Shown piece by piece: positions 48,887 through 62,140 of a DNA stretch of 64,000 nucleotides. Every line of letters begins with the position of its first letter. Positions within the stretch are counted from its first letter, which is position 1. Below the pieces are notes generated by a model. The model worked only from the letters and a program-made list of their open reading frames with translations. It ran no database searches and had not been told where the DNA came from. Source of the stretch: Rhodosorus marinus CCMP1338 (Eukaryota; Plantae; Rhodophyta); contig JAMWBK010000005.1 in the NCBI GenBank assembly GCA_029953675.1, positions 2,728,001 to 2,792,000 of the forward strand, written 5' to 3'. The position numbers were made by a program, and so were the translations under genes.

Positions 48887-50801
48887 CGTCACCCACACAG
48901 CTACTTGAGCAGAGAAACCGAGAGCGCAGCAGACAGACCGAGTAATTTCAAAGAGGAATATATCTTCGAGCACTTGAGCGTGCTCCGTTGGAACAGGGCA
49001 AACAGAGTCTGAACAGATTTCTAAGGGAAAAGAAGATCTTTAGAAACGAGTATTGCGGTCGCGTAAAAAGAATTCCAGTGCTTGTTGAAGTTCGCCTATA
49101 CATCCAGAGCAGGATGAACGAGCTGCTTCGTCGAAGCGCGAAAGTTGCACGAGTGAAAGCCGCGAAAATTGAAGTAGATCAGGAATCGATTTCACGAACG
49201 CCCCAGAGAAGACTCGGTGACAGCGACCTTCAGGCCCTCAAGGCGTACTTGGACGTCTGTACAGGCCTTTCCTAGCGGGTTTTTAAGGTATTGTCGCGTT
49301 CTGGGTCTGCCGTGCTGCTTGTGCTGATCGATTTCTGGGGATCGGTGAGAGATATTGATAGAAACTGACGTCCTCTCGCTGGGACATCCAGTCCAACAGT
49401 GGCTATTCACCGCCATAAAGATGAGATAATTCGTCCAGTGAATTGCCAGCAAAGGGAACTACTCTTTCTTCGCGAGAGCTACGATTCCAACGATTGAGTT
49501 GGCAAATCAACACGCTTTCACAATAGACTGAGCCCATCCCTTTTGGGGTCGCTCCCACTGTCCGAACAGGCCCAGCTGCCTCGTCCGGACGTCGAATCCC
49601 AGGATAAGGTGACGGTGCCTCTGAGATCCCCGCCTAAGTCTGTCAGGTAGCGGCTCGCCGTTTGATGCCTCCGAAGGGAGGGGGGGCGAGGGGGGGGTAG
49701 CCGGCCGAGGTTCAGAAGCCGCGTTGGTATTACACCTCAGTTGCTTTCTCTGGTCGAACATTGATGCTTGACTCCTGTTCCCTTCCTACGTTTAATCAGC
49801 TTGACCGGCAAGCTCTGATTGAACTGAGCTTCCTTAGACACCGTGAGGCATTAATGACGACCACGGAATCATTCCACAGTACATCGTACTAAAAACCACT
49901 ATAAAATATCTGGCGGGAAAAATTTATCGAAATATCTGTGCATCCAAGAATGCGCCTCATTTGTTCGGCGAGTGTTGGCAAGAGTTCTTTTTCCAATGTG
50001 TACTTAGAACGAACGCGGTGAAGGAGGAATTGGGGATTGAACATTTCTGGTGATGGGGATGAGCATCGTAATTGTGGTTAGATGCATTATTTCTGGTCTT
50101 TCTAGTGAGCTTATTACAGTCTGTCACTTGTTAGGCAACACCGCGTCCCTGCCCCAAAACTCGGTTAATTGTGCTGTTCCTTGTAGCTACAACGGCCTGC
50201 TCAGGGTTCAGGATCCGGCAAACCTAGTTCTTCAGTATTCAAGGGACTTAGTTTTCAGGCCACTGTTTTCAAGAAGGGTAGAGAAATACATCATGATCCT
50301 GAATTCCGTAACCGTTTTAGTAGCGGCGAGAAGACGAACCCCTTCCCCCGCCCCGGCTCATGCCAACGATCTCGACTGGAGGACCAGAAGTACATCGGAA
50401 ACCTCACTCGGAGATGGATCCTCGACTGACTGAACATCAATGTGGAGAGAGACTCAGCAAAATAACATTAAGATTCCCCTAAAAGGTTTCCACGTCTCGT
50501 CCGCTTCAAGCCCTTAACAAGACGCTAACATCCTCTTTACGCCTCGGAAGAGGGTGTTGGGGTGGCTACCAGAAGGCGGTGGTGTTGGAGAGGGTCCAAC
50601 CTGGGTGGCGGGATTTCTTGTCGACCTTGTGCAGTTTGTTTCTTTTTCTTTATGCCGACGAAAACGAATGCATTTTCAGAGTTCTGTCTAACGTGCAAAG
50701 TTATGCGGTCTTGAGGTTCTGCTTGGCGACCGAGTTTTGAGTTGGAGAAGAATCTGAGTTTGGTTGTTTGTTGGGGTCGAGATTCTGAAGCGCAGAATGC
50801 C

Positions 50802-51723
50802 ATGGAGCTATTGGAAAAATCTGAGATGAGGATGATGGAGGCTGAGTTCCTTGCCGAGGACGAAATGATTACAATGCTACCACTCGTTTCTATCCCTAAA
50901 ATGACTTTTCTGCAGGGTGACTACGGGCCTCTGATTCCTGGAGAACCTATCGAGGTGAGGGTCTCTGTAGACCGTTTACCATTCTGAGCCTACTCCACAA
51001 GGTGAAAATCTCATTTATGCGTTGAAAATTTCCTGTAGGTTCCGATCTGGTTTGCCTTGGCTCTGAAGAGGGCGAGAAAATGTAAGCTGGTTGTGCCGAG
51101 CTGGATGGAGGCAAAGCAGCTTGAAAAGACGGTTGAGAACGAGAGAATATCCAAGAATAGGTTGACGGCAGTTCCGTACTACTACGCTGAGATCGCTTCC
51201 CTACTGTTGCACTACGCATCAGATGACATGAGATCGGCTGCTACCGTACGGTCGCTTCTCCATCCATCCTAACGATTAATTTCTCTCGGCTCTGGCAAGG
51301 CTGCTGACGTCCCATCCTCTACGTTGAAAACGAATCAGGTTCGGAGGGGAGTTGAGGACCTAACCAGCTTAAGATCGAGCAAGTTCCGGCGGTACATGCA
51401 GACAAACGTTCGAGAAGACTGCAACGGAATCAAAATTGAAAACATATGCTCCGGGGAGCTTAGTGCGGTTCGGCCAGTTCTATGCGAAATTCTGGAGACA
51501 ATACACCGAGCAAATGATTCGGGCGCTGTTGATCCTATCAAGGTAAGCAAGCATCGTGTCTTATGCTCTAAGTCATCCTTCTCACTGGGCCATATGGACG
51601 CTTCCTTTTTTGATTCTCGTCAACCTGCAGATGCAGACGCAGACGCAGAAATCTCAGGGCACCCAATCTACCTCTATTTTCTCGTCCTCGAAGCCACGAA
51701 GCTTACGTCGATTTCGTGCCTAA
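50802..51723 (+). CDS. GINS2: GINS complex subunit Psf2
   Basis: EAEFLAEDEMITMLP, GDYGP, EVPIWFALALK, KCKLVVPSWM, PYYYAEIA and EDL..LRSSK. Four exons. Confidence 0.93.
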
Positions 51724-51950
51724 GTTTGCATAAGCCTAAGCAAATTAATATTGCTATTACGAACGGAAACAGTCCCCCACTGGCTTATTGGCAGTTACAA
51801 AAGCCAAGAGTCGATGGCTGTACTGTATTGACGCCTACCCACGCACGAAATCGCCAACCGTAAACGAAGACGCATTGGCAGCTTCACGACGAAACCGGAT
51901 AAGGCTTTGTTTAGAAGTGTTTCAAAAAATTATTTCTTTCCGCATCATAT

Positions 51951-53173
51951 TCAGGCCATGAACTTTTCGAAAACGTCTTCTTCCTCCTGAGAGCCAGGTT
52001 CGAGGACCGAGTTAGTGTTGTAAAGTGGAGCAGTGAAATTTTTCAGAATTGGTTGGCCCGTCGTTGGGCCTTCGATTACACCCTCATCGAAGATATATCC
52101 AGCTTCGGTCAGAAGTAAGTTCGTAACGACCGCGGCAACGTCCTCCCTCGAGATGGACCCGCTCTGGTTTTCAGAGGCTTCCGTCGTAATCCCCTTAACA
52201 TTTCCAGGCTCGCTCTGAGTTTTGGCAAGTCGAAGTATTGAGTGGGATACTTTAGAAGAGGATACGCAATCCTGTATGAGCTCGGAGCAAAAAGTTAGGA
52301 TCAATAAAACTCTATTTTGCGGATGAGTACCGCCCACAAGCGGGGACTTGCACCTACCTCGCCCTGTCTTTTCCATTTTGACGAATTCCCAAGAAAGCTA
52401 TTGCTTCTGTTGCAGGAAATGAGAACGAACTTCTTCACTAATGACTCCTCCGCATACCGTACGAGTCGTTGGACGCCCTCATAGTCCACCGATTTGTAGC
52501 TGTTCGCGCCAACAGGATTTCTGGATCCAGACGCGCAGACGACAGCCACGGATCCGTCTATAGCTGAACAGGCATACACAAGAATTGCGGATCCCGTCAG
52601 CTCCAAGCCGCAGGGTCATCATCGCCGTGGAAAGCTTTGCCCTTACCCTCCTTGACGTCCGCGTCGTTGTTGAGATCTCCGACGAACACGTCCACGTTCG
52701 AACCATCGAGTCCAAACATGGTCTCAGCGTCTTCCGCCCTTCTAGTTAGTATTCGGACGTTAAATCCAGCGTTGATCAGCCCAAGCACAATCCAAGATCC
52801 AACCTCGCCGGTAGCCCCTGTGACAAGTACAGAGTTGGCTTTCGTTCCGACTTCCCCAGCGAAATACCGATTTTCTTCCTCCGAATCTGCCGATGATTTT
52901 CTTTCTCCGTAGAAAACGTAGCCACGTCCCATTCTCTATGCAGGAAACACAAATTCAGCGTTCTCACAAAAAAAACCATAACCGTGCCGTTGGGGAAGTT
53001 TCCCAGCGTACCTTGTTCTGAATGTCGTCAATCAAATCGTCCACTTTCTTCCCCTTCGTCGTCTCCGCTCGAAGCTTGGCAGCCCTCACCATTCTCAGCT
53101 CACATCGTTTCCTATTAAACCTCCGCTCAACGCCCGGCCCAAACCCGCACACAAACCCGAACATTCTGCCCAT
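51951..53173 (-). CDS. Plastid-targeted atypical SDR / NAD(P)-binding Rossmann protein (NAD_binding_10 type)
   Basis: VLVTGATGEVG, FNVRILTR, GDL, VDYEGVQRLV, KKFVLIS, WKRQGE and SISREDVAAV. Transit-peptide-like N-terminus. Confidence 0.8.
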
Positions 53174-53707
53174 TCTTCCCCTCAGCGCACAGATCGCAAA
53201 AGACTATCTGGTCAAACGCTCTTCAGACCGGGTTCTAGCCTCCTTCTGCATTTATCAGATTCCAGAAAGAGAGCGTTCCTCTCTGTCCTTCATCAGTGCC
53301 CAAACATCCCATCCCCAAACCTGCCACCCCACCCGAAACCCAATGCCATTCACCCTCTTCTAAAATCCTTTCAGGGAAGAACTCTTCAGCAGAAGTCCTA
53401 ATCCACGCATCTAAGCCACTGACCAATTAAGTTCGATGATAGAAAATATATCAAATATTTTATATAAATTCAGTCTAATTATCAGTCATTATTAGTCGAC
53501 CAGTCAATTTTTGAAAAGTGATGGATAAGTAGCGCATGCCACGTGTTACAATTATTTCTATTGGTTTATCAATATTGTTTTGAAGTAATTTGAAAGATAT
53601 ATTGAGATATATTCTGAAAAGATCATTGTTTGTTATGAAAAATTGACTATTTGGATTTTAGTCTGAGCGATGATTGGTAAGGCTTTTGGCTTTTTTGGTT
53701 CTTTTCT

Positions 53708-55684
53708 TCAAGCCGATTCGGCCTCTAGGAGTTGGTGGATTGCCTCGGTAGTCATACTCTTTGGCCTCTCGATTGGAAGTCCTAGCGCGCGATCCCAGAC
53801 AAGGTTGGCGAGTGCTCCAATAGCTCGACTAATACCGAACATGACGGTGTAGTAACTTTCTTCGACAAGGCCGTAGTGCTGCAGAAGGACGCCTGAGTGA
53901 GCATCGACGTTTGGCCACGGGTTCTTGACCTGAATTGAGAGAGACCCGAGGAACCAAAGGCGTTGAGATTTGTTCTGAGTATCTCTGGCTCTCTCAAGCA
54001 CCCTTCGCTTCAAAACATACCTTGCCCTGCTCGTTCAAGACTGCTGGGACCACCTCAAAGAGGAGCGAGACAAGTTTGAACATTTCGTCGTCTGGCAAGT
54101 TCTTCAGCGCAAATTCTCTCTGGCAGGTGTACCGTGGATCGGTCTTCCTGAGTACCGCATGTCCGTATCCCGGGATGACCTAGATGGAAAGAAAAATTGT
54201 TAGTTTCACCCTCTCTCAGGTATCATCGGTCACGGACTGTTGTCCTGGCCTTTCGGGTCCCTTACTTTGCCAGAGTTCAGCTGATCCCAGCACAGCTTTG
54301 TCAGGTTGTCCTTGGTGGGCTCTGCTCCATCGAGCTGAGCCTTGATGCCCTTAATCCACTTCAAAACCTCCTGATTCGCAAGTCCATGGAGGGGACCTGC
54401 AAGTCCGTTAAGACCGGCTGCCAGCGATAGGTAGGGGTCCGACAGGGCTGACCCGACCAGCTTAACTGTATGCGCCGAGACCTATCAAGTCCGCACAACG
54501 CACAAACCAAGTTAAGATGCATTTGCGTCAAAGGTGAAAGCTGGCCTCTTCTGGGCGGCATCTTACGTTGCCACCTTCGTGATCAGAGTGAATGACGAGG
54601 TACAAGCGCATAAGATCATGGAAAGCAGGGTTGTCATAGCCCATCATCATCGAGTAGTTTGCTCCCATATCCAGAGACGGATCTGAAGGGGTCATCTTGC
54701 CATCCCTATAAATATTGCAGTAGATCCTTGCTGCAACCTCAGGTAACCTTGCGATGATGTTGAGGGTGTCCTCCAGGTAGTGATCCCAGTACATGGTCTT
54801 CGGGGTTCCCTGTGAGTGAGGTGGAGAATTTCGCGAACAATCAGTACCAGTTCAGACCAAGCGTTGAGTCCTCTCGGTTGCTTACCTTCGCATATTCAGC
54901 TGCCATAACAGAGTCCTCTTGAAGCGCGAGTGTCCCAATAGCAAGTTGTGACATTGGGTGCATCGTCTTCGGAAGTCCGTTGATAATCTTTGTAACGCTG
55001 TCCGGAACCTATGCAGGCCGAGAGACACGACTAAGCATTCTAAGGTAGAAGTATATCACATCTCTATATGTGGGAGGCCATCCACGATTTAATCGGAAGC
55101 TCACCTTGGCCCTGCTGGCCAGGTCTTTACGAAGACCAGCAATGTTGGCCTCCGTCGGGATATCCCCAGTTAGCAAGAGCCAGATCAGGGACTCCGGGAG
55201 CGGCTCGGAGCCGCCCTTTGCACGTGGAAGCGTTTCCTAAGAGAAACAGAATTAATTAAAGCCATAGGGGTTAATCTCTCAATAACAAGTTCCACATGGA
55301 ACGAGCTCGGATTGGCTCGAGGGCAAATTCAATTTTGAACCAAACGATTACTTCCTTTCGCCTCATTGCGTTTAGCGGTTCGCCTACCTGACACTCTGGG
55401 ATCGTGTACCCTCGGAACCTAATCCCTTCCATTGGATCCAGAAGCGAGGTCTCGTAAGTCATACACTTCACCGATCGCATTCCTCCATACGCCTGGGCCA
55501 CAGTGCAGCTTCCCAAAACCTTCTGACCATGCTTTTCCCTTATTTGCTTAACATCGGCCTGCATCTTCGGGATCTTCGAAGCCAGCACTTCCTTCAATCC
55601 ACCCGTCGAGAGCCCGCGAACCGCGCCGGTGAGGAGACCACGATGGCCTCTCCGCAATGCCACCCTTCCCAGAGTCCTAATCAT
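53708..55684 (-). CDS. CS: Mitochondrial citrate synthase (multi-exon)
   Basis: [57 protein letters not shown] and [22 protein letters not shown]. Presequence-like N-terminus. Confidence 0.97.
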
Positions 55685-56859
55685 TTCTTCTTTCTATCCT
55701 TCACCGGATTTACTTCTTTCTCAGTTTCCCTGTATCTCTCAATCCAGGTATCTATGCTCTCACTCCTACCCCCCCACTACTAGTAAGCAACTTTCTCTCG
55801 GAATATCAAACTAGTCTTTGATTCCATGTCAACGGCCCCGCGAGCAATTCCCCTATTCGATTGGACCCTATTCCTAGCGATTGATCATTCTAAACTGTAA
55901 AAGCTGAGTTAATAAATACAATTATTCAAGTCTAATACTAAATATACATTATACATACTATATAAACGATCATATTGACCCCTGATCGTATCGGCCCCCC
56001 CACCCAAGCAAAAAAAGAAAACTCCGTTGAGCTGAGCCTCGAGCGAACAGTACTTGGCAAGTGTCATCAACAGCTCGGGAGTAGGCTTATCTAATAATTT
56101 TATTTATTCAATACAATGTTCTTCTCACGTCGGAATGAGATGGTGACGCTTAAATATATATACTGTTAACCAATAATCATTGATCAGCATTTTTCCGAGG
56201 TGGGGAAATTCAGACGGATTTATATAGTGCTTATTCATTTTTTGAACCTTTATATACGGTATCAATATTTAGAAATTAGATATTTATAGAGTTTAAGAGG
56301 ACAACAGTGAATATCTACGGTTTGGTCCTGATGGCGGGTGTCCCAAAATTCTATGGTTCAATTTTTATTGGGATTTTGGAAACAAGTTCCTTTGTGAATG
56401 TATATTTAGAGCATTTTTTACGTTAAGCCTTTGGTGATTGGATAAAAAGATTTTGAATATAATTTTAAAAAGAACAGAATCAAAGATTAGAAGCTCTTGA
56501 TTGATGAATCGGGGTGGCAATATTGACCAATGAAAAGGCGCGCTGGTGGTCTTATTAGTATTTTGGATGTTTTCGCTATCGATTGAAGTGTAACGGGTTT
56601 TCTTCTTTTCAACCAATTAACTGAGGTATGCCAATCAATCAGATCCAGCGGTTAAGACATTACCGGTTCGTTTATCGAAATAGAGACGATGACTTCTCAA
56701 AAGACTCTATGCTGAGCTCTAGAGTTCGGCGGAAGGACATCACGCACTCTATCAGTAACCAGAAAAACGGTTCACTTTGAGATATAGACTGGAGCGAGTA
56801 TTCCTGAGAAAGACTGTCGCTTTGAATCGAAAGTCTTCGCTTCGCTTTTATCCTACCGT

Positions 56860-57475
56860 AGCATTCTTTGGTCCGTCCGATTCGATGGCTTGTTCGAACG
56901 GGGACGGAAGAGAATCTGTGGATGCTGCTGGTGAGCGGCTTGAGTGCACACCGGACTTCTGTAAGAGAACGATCTTTGGCTCTTCCCCATGTGCTACTTA
57001 ACAGCCGCGACCTTCAGCGAAATCTGGGTCTTGGAACACCCAGGCGATGCATGCATAGGAGTAACAGGTAGTTCAACTCCCACACTGCGAGGAACTATCT
57101 TCCCACGAGACGCCGCCGAGTTCTCGAGAGATGAACTCGAGACTTACCTGCACACAAAAGCAAATATGAGGTTGCAGCTTGTGTGCTTAGGGGACAGTGA
57201 ACACAGGCATCTATGCACGATAAGGCAACGCTCACAGATTTGTGCGTCTTCGTGAAAAAGCAAGCGTACCTGCTCGTATACGTAGACGACTTCCTGATCA
57301 CAGGAAGCAGCCAAGGTGTGTTGGCCCCATATCCTTCGGCTCGTGGATGCGGCTTTGACAGTGTTCGCGTGTTACTCGCAATAGCCGCACAACGCAACTA
57401 CGACATCACAGCAGATGGATGATCCATTGCTTATCTTAACGTAGAACTCGATGATGAACTCGACATGGAAAGGGC
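56860..57475 (+). mobile_element. Decayed and rearranged Ty1/Copia pol relic
   Basis: DLCVFVKK..LLVYVDDFLITGSS (YVDD at 57279-57290), then FDSVRVLLAIAAQRNYDI, a frameshifted QMD and AYLNVELDDEL. An integrase-tail-like PDFCKRTIFGS lies upstream. No LTRs identified. Confidence 0.85.
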
Positions 57476-57845
57476 CACCGTACACAAGACAACAACGGAA
57501 AAAGAAACAAGGTCGGCAGGAGGGCGATACGAAGACCCAATGGTATAGTATGTCGAAAATTAATTGATGCAGTTGCAGATGAGGACTAAACTGTATTTAT
57601 AGGAAACCCAGCCCTGAAATCCAGTGGCGACGAACACCGAAAAAGGCGGAGTCACGCCTCAGGAAATGAGATCAGCCAGCATATCAAGCAACCCAAGGGA
57701 GTGGACCTAGTCAGCTCGCTTTATTACTCCTGCTCTTCGTACTCGGTCTGGCATCTAAAGTCCTGGGTATCCTCACAACCTTTCGTGGCATTCGATCGGG
57801 ATGACGCTTTGTTTCAACGCCACTCGTGGTCGATCTCTTGAATGT

Positions 57846-59285
57846 CTACGCTCTGGCTCTGGAAACCATTTGATCAATGCGGTTAGGTCCGGGCTTGTTC
57901 TGCCATATGTCCTCGATTTCTTGAAGAACCTCCGGCGTGAGCTTTTCTACTATCTTGAGAGTAGCAAGGTTCTCCTCGAGCTGCTTAGTGGATGTGGCGC
58001 CCTGCAGCAGAAAGAAGTTTTAGCTCATTTGTACAGAGCATCGCACCAACAACTAAGGCAACTCACCAAAATCACAGTCGAGACATGGGGATTGACATAA
58101 CAGAAGCCAAGTGAAAGCTGCGCCAGATTGCATCCAAGCCTCTCAGCAATGGGCTTCATAGCAGCAACTTTTTCCAAATTCCCAGGAGTCATGTAGCGAT
58201 CGCTGAGTCCCTCATAGCCTTCCAGAGACAAGCGGCTACCCTCGGGTACGTTTCCGTCCAAATACTTCCCTGAACGACCAAATTGAAGACGAGACCACGG
58301 ATCCGTGAGCCGATGTCTCCTGAGAAGCTTGGTGGCAAGTGGGAGGTGAAGCACTTTTACCTGTGAGAACCCCACTGGCCAATGGGCTCCAGATAGTCGT
58401 TCCATACCCGAACTTTTCAAAGACAGGATGATAGGCCTTGTCGAGGTTATCCCTTACGATCAGATTGTACTCGCACTGGTCCGCAATAGGCTTCGCCAAG
58501 TTCAGCTTGTCGGCAACCTCGCAAGCCTCCATAATACGCTCAACAGGCCATTCTGTTCAAGCGCGATTTCAGATCAGTCCATTTCAATTCTATAGCATCT
58601 AATTCCTTGACGGATCGTACCTGACGTTGCCCAGTAGAACGTTTTTCCTGTATCGATCAAGTAATTGAAGGCTCGTACAATCTCGTCCATTGGGGTGAAA
58701 GGATCGTGTCTGGTGGACAAAACAGCAGTATTACTCTGAGAGGATCTTCTCACAGATTTGTATGTTTTCAGGTCCCGAGCCTACCTGTGGGCGAACACTA
58801 TGTCAACGTAGTCCAAACTCATCCGACCCAAGGCATCATTGCACCCTTCGATGATATGCTTCCTGCTGAGACCGACGTTGTTCAAACGGGCCTTGTATCC
58901 AAAGAACAGTTTCGTCGAAATAACCAAGTCGTTTCTATCCCAAACCTTGTCCTCGATCCCCTTCTTTACGGAAAGACCCATCAACCTTTCGGAGTCTCCA
59001 TTCGCGTAAACTTCAGCGTTGTCGAAAAAGTTTATTCCAGACTTGTATGCCACTTTCATTAGCTCGTAGGCCTTGTCCACGTCCACTTGGGTTTTGAAAG
59101 TCACCCATGATCCAAAGCTCAACCTCGATACCTAGCTCCAAAACAAAAAAACAGAACACACCGCGCAAAGGAAGATCTCTCAGGGTACCATTCCAAAAAG
59201 CCAGAATAACAAAAAGGGGCGTAATCCAACGGAAGGAAGCTCTCCTCACCTTCAATCCACTCCTTCCAAGATATTTATACTGCAT
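57846..59285 (-). CDS. KAB1: Aldo-keto reductase, Kv-beta/KAB1 (AKR6-like) family, intact copy (6 exons)
   Basis: MQYKYLGRSGLKVSRLSFGSWVTF, FFDNAEVYANG, ISTKLFFG, GLSRKHIIEG, DIVFAHR and TIWSPLASGVLTGKY. All intron phases are compatible. Confidence 0.93.
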
Positions 59286-60734
59286 GTCTCCCTTCCCTCC
59301 AAACCTCGAAACGACAAAAAAGAAAGAACACACACACACGCCCCCTTTCCAATTCACAAACGATTCGTCGTCAAACCACAACCAACAATGAAGAAAAAAA
59401 AACCAACACCAACCCAGCTCAAATGTAGAAGACACGCAAAACAGACTGTACCCCGCCTCCTCTCCCACACCTTCCGCAAACTGATATCACCCTCTATAAT
59501 ATGTAGACTGACTAAACCGTGACCAGTCCCAGATCGATAGCTCAACTGCTCCTTCACCACCAAACTCCAAAACCAGTTCGGCAAATCCAGAATCAACCAA
59601 AATATTACACAATTCAATAATTTTATTAACTTTTCTATATTTTGAGACCTTTTCATCCATTTTGTGGTCAATATTTAGGAGGGGGGGTAATTGAATACAT
59701 TAAAATATCAATGCCTATATTTTTATATTTTTAAGAAGTACTATCAGAAGCACTCTTAACCCCTGCGAGATCCTCTATAAAAAGAATCATAATATGAAAT
59801 ATAGATATTGATTTTAAAATTATTTTAGTGTTCTATCTGGATTTTTAGTTTTAATATATTTATATTCATGTATTTATATATTGAAAATATGTATATTTAT
59901 AGGCGTTATCTTGAAAATTTTGATGGATCTGAGTTCCAACTGAAAAGGTTTGATATTTTATTTGAAATATGATGATTTGGTAGGGATTAGGGGAAGGGCT
60001 GGGCAAAGACGATGGGGTGGGGTGGGAGGGGATGGATGCATATGTTCATTTTTGTGGGAAGAGAAAGAGGATTGCTGAGGGTATAGCAAGATTAAACAGA
60101 GCACGGAGGGCGCAATTTGCGTACCTCCAAGGTTAAAGTAGCATTGATGCGGCCGCGCCAGCGGGAACTCGACTGGCTAGCCAGCGATCACCGGAACACT
60201 TCTTGAATCCAACAGGTTCCGATAGCAAAGGTTTCTAGCCGATCGGCCAAAGCCGAAGCTCAAGGTTTCTGGGGTAGATAGTGAATTGGCTTCGTTTCTC
60301 TAACTATGGCGCTGGGCACAGCGGAGATATTGGGCTGCTTGAAACAAGCAGTAGTCAAGGTGTACTAACATTGGTGCGCTAGGGGATTCACTGTGTTGAG
60401 CTCCTAGAGAGCTGAAGCAGGAATCTATGAAGCGCACAAGAGCTGATTCTTAGCAGGAGTTAAAGCGCGTTTATGAAAGGATGATTTCCTGTGCCGCCTT
60501 GAATAATGATGTCTCTGTATTGCTGTGGTTAGATACGTGCGATCATACGTCGCAGCTTCAGATTTGGGCCATGGTTTTCTCGTTGTACAGTATGCTTTAC
60601 GTTCAGATGAAATGTCACGGTGACAAGCCTGCACCTCTTCAGAATCGATCAGATAGAATGGTGTAGAACAGATGACTCTCTACACGACATAGCTTGCTAC
60701 ACGGTGGTACGCTCTAGGACCTAACAAGCATTAC

Positions 60735-62140
60735 TTATGATTCCGTTCGCCCAAGCTTGGGCTTGTTGTTCCAAACACTTTCAATTTCGTCCATTATAGC
60801 TGGCGTCAACCTCTTTGAAATTTCAACCACCTCGAGGTTCTCTTTCAGCTGTTTGACTGAGGTAGCTCCCTATGTACAATTTAGAACGTCGGATTCGTTC
60901 AGCTTCCTACAGGAAAGGAAAGGGGCGAACTACTGTATCAACCTTACGAGGACGATCGACGTGACGTTTTGTTTCACGTAGCTGAACGCAAGAGACAACT
61001 GCTCAAGCGTACACCCTAGCCTCTCTGCGATTGGCTTCATTTTCTGCACGGCTGAGAGGCTATTCTCAGAGAAGTAGAACTGTTTCAGCCAATGCATGTC
61101 CTCCATGGAGAAGCGGCTACCGTCTGGTACGTTGCCGTTCAAGTATTTGCCTATCCCGATCAAGTGTGAAAGGCGAGCGTAAGAAGGCAAATGCCTAGAA
61201 CTCGTGAGCACCAAGGACGTCTTACCAGTTAGAACCCCGCTCGCTAGCGGGCTCCATATCATTGTCCCGTAGCGATACTTTTCGAAAACGGGCTCGTAGT
61301 CTCGATCAACCTTGTCCCTAACTATCAAGCTGTGCTCACATTGGTCCGCTATAGGCTTCACCATGTTGAGCTTCTCAGCCACTTCGCAGGCCTCAAATAT
61401 GCGCTCTACAGGCCATTCTGATTTTTGACGGCGAGGAAGATGCGATTCTCAACAATTGCATGTTCGAACTCGCTGTTAGCTCGAGCCCACTTACCTGAGG
61501 TAGCCCAGTAGAAAGCCTTTCCAGTATCTATCAGATGATTGAACGCTCGAACAATTTCCTCCATTGGGGTGTGGGGATCGTACCTGAGCAGAGCAAAACA
61601 TGGAAATCAACTAGGCAATTTTCCAGAAGGCAACTTAACGCCCCAAAAGCTCACCTATGACAGAAACGATATCCACATATTCTAGTCCCATTCTATCCAA
61701 GGAGGCAGCTGCCCCTTCTAATACGTGCTTTCTGCTAAGTCCAACGCTGTTCAGCTTCTCTCCGCCTGCGGATATACTGGAGTTGTATCCGAAGAAGAGC
61801 TTTGTCGTTATGACAAGGTCACTCCTCGACCAAAACTTTTCTTTGATACCCCTGTTAACGGCACGCTCCATCAATATCTCTGAATCCCCGTTTGCGTAGA
61901 TCTCAGCATTGTCGAATACATTGACTCCGCCCTCATAGGCGACCTTCATAAGCTCAAAAGCACTGTCCTCGTCAACTTGGTTTGTAAATGTCAATCATGA
62001 TCCAAAGCTCAGCCTCGAAACCTGGAACACGTCATAAAAATTCAGATTCTCCCATCATAATACTCCGCAAATTTCCTATTTCAAAAAATCTCCGATGGCC
62101 TCACCTTTAGCCCGCTCCGTCCAAGATATCTATACTCCAT
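60735..62140 (-). pseudogene. Tandem KAB1-like paralog with an in-frame TGA and a 1-nt frameshift
   Basis: Same intron positions as the intact copy. GSW codon is TGA (plus-strand 61995-61997). GTTTCTGTCATAG/GT is one T short of the in-phase DIVFCHR. Confidence 0.85.

Noticed and set aside
61995-61997. Selenocysteine or readthrough at the TGA in the second AKR
   Set aside because: The codon replaces a conserved Trp rather than Cys, and a separate frameshift follows.
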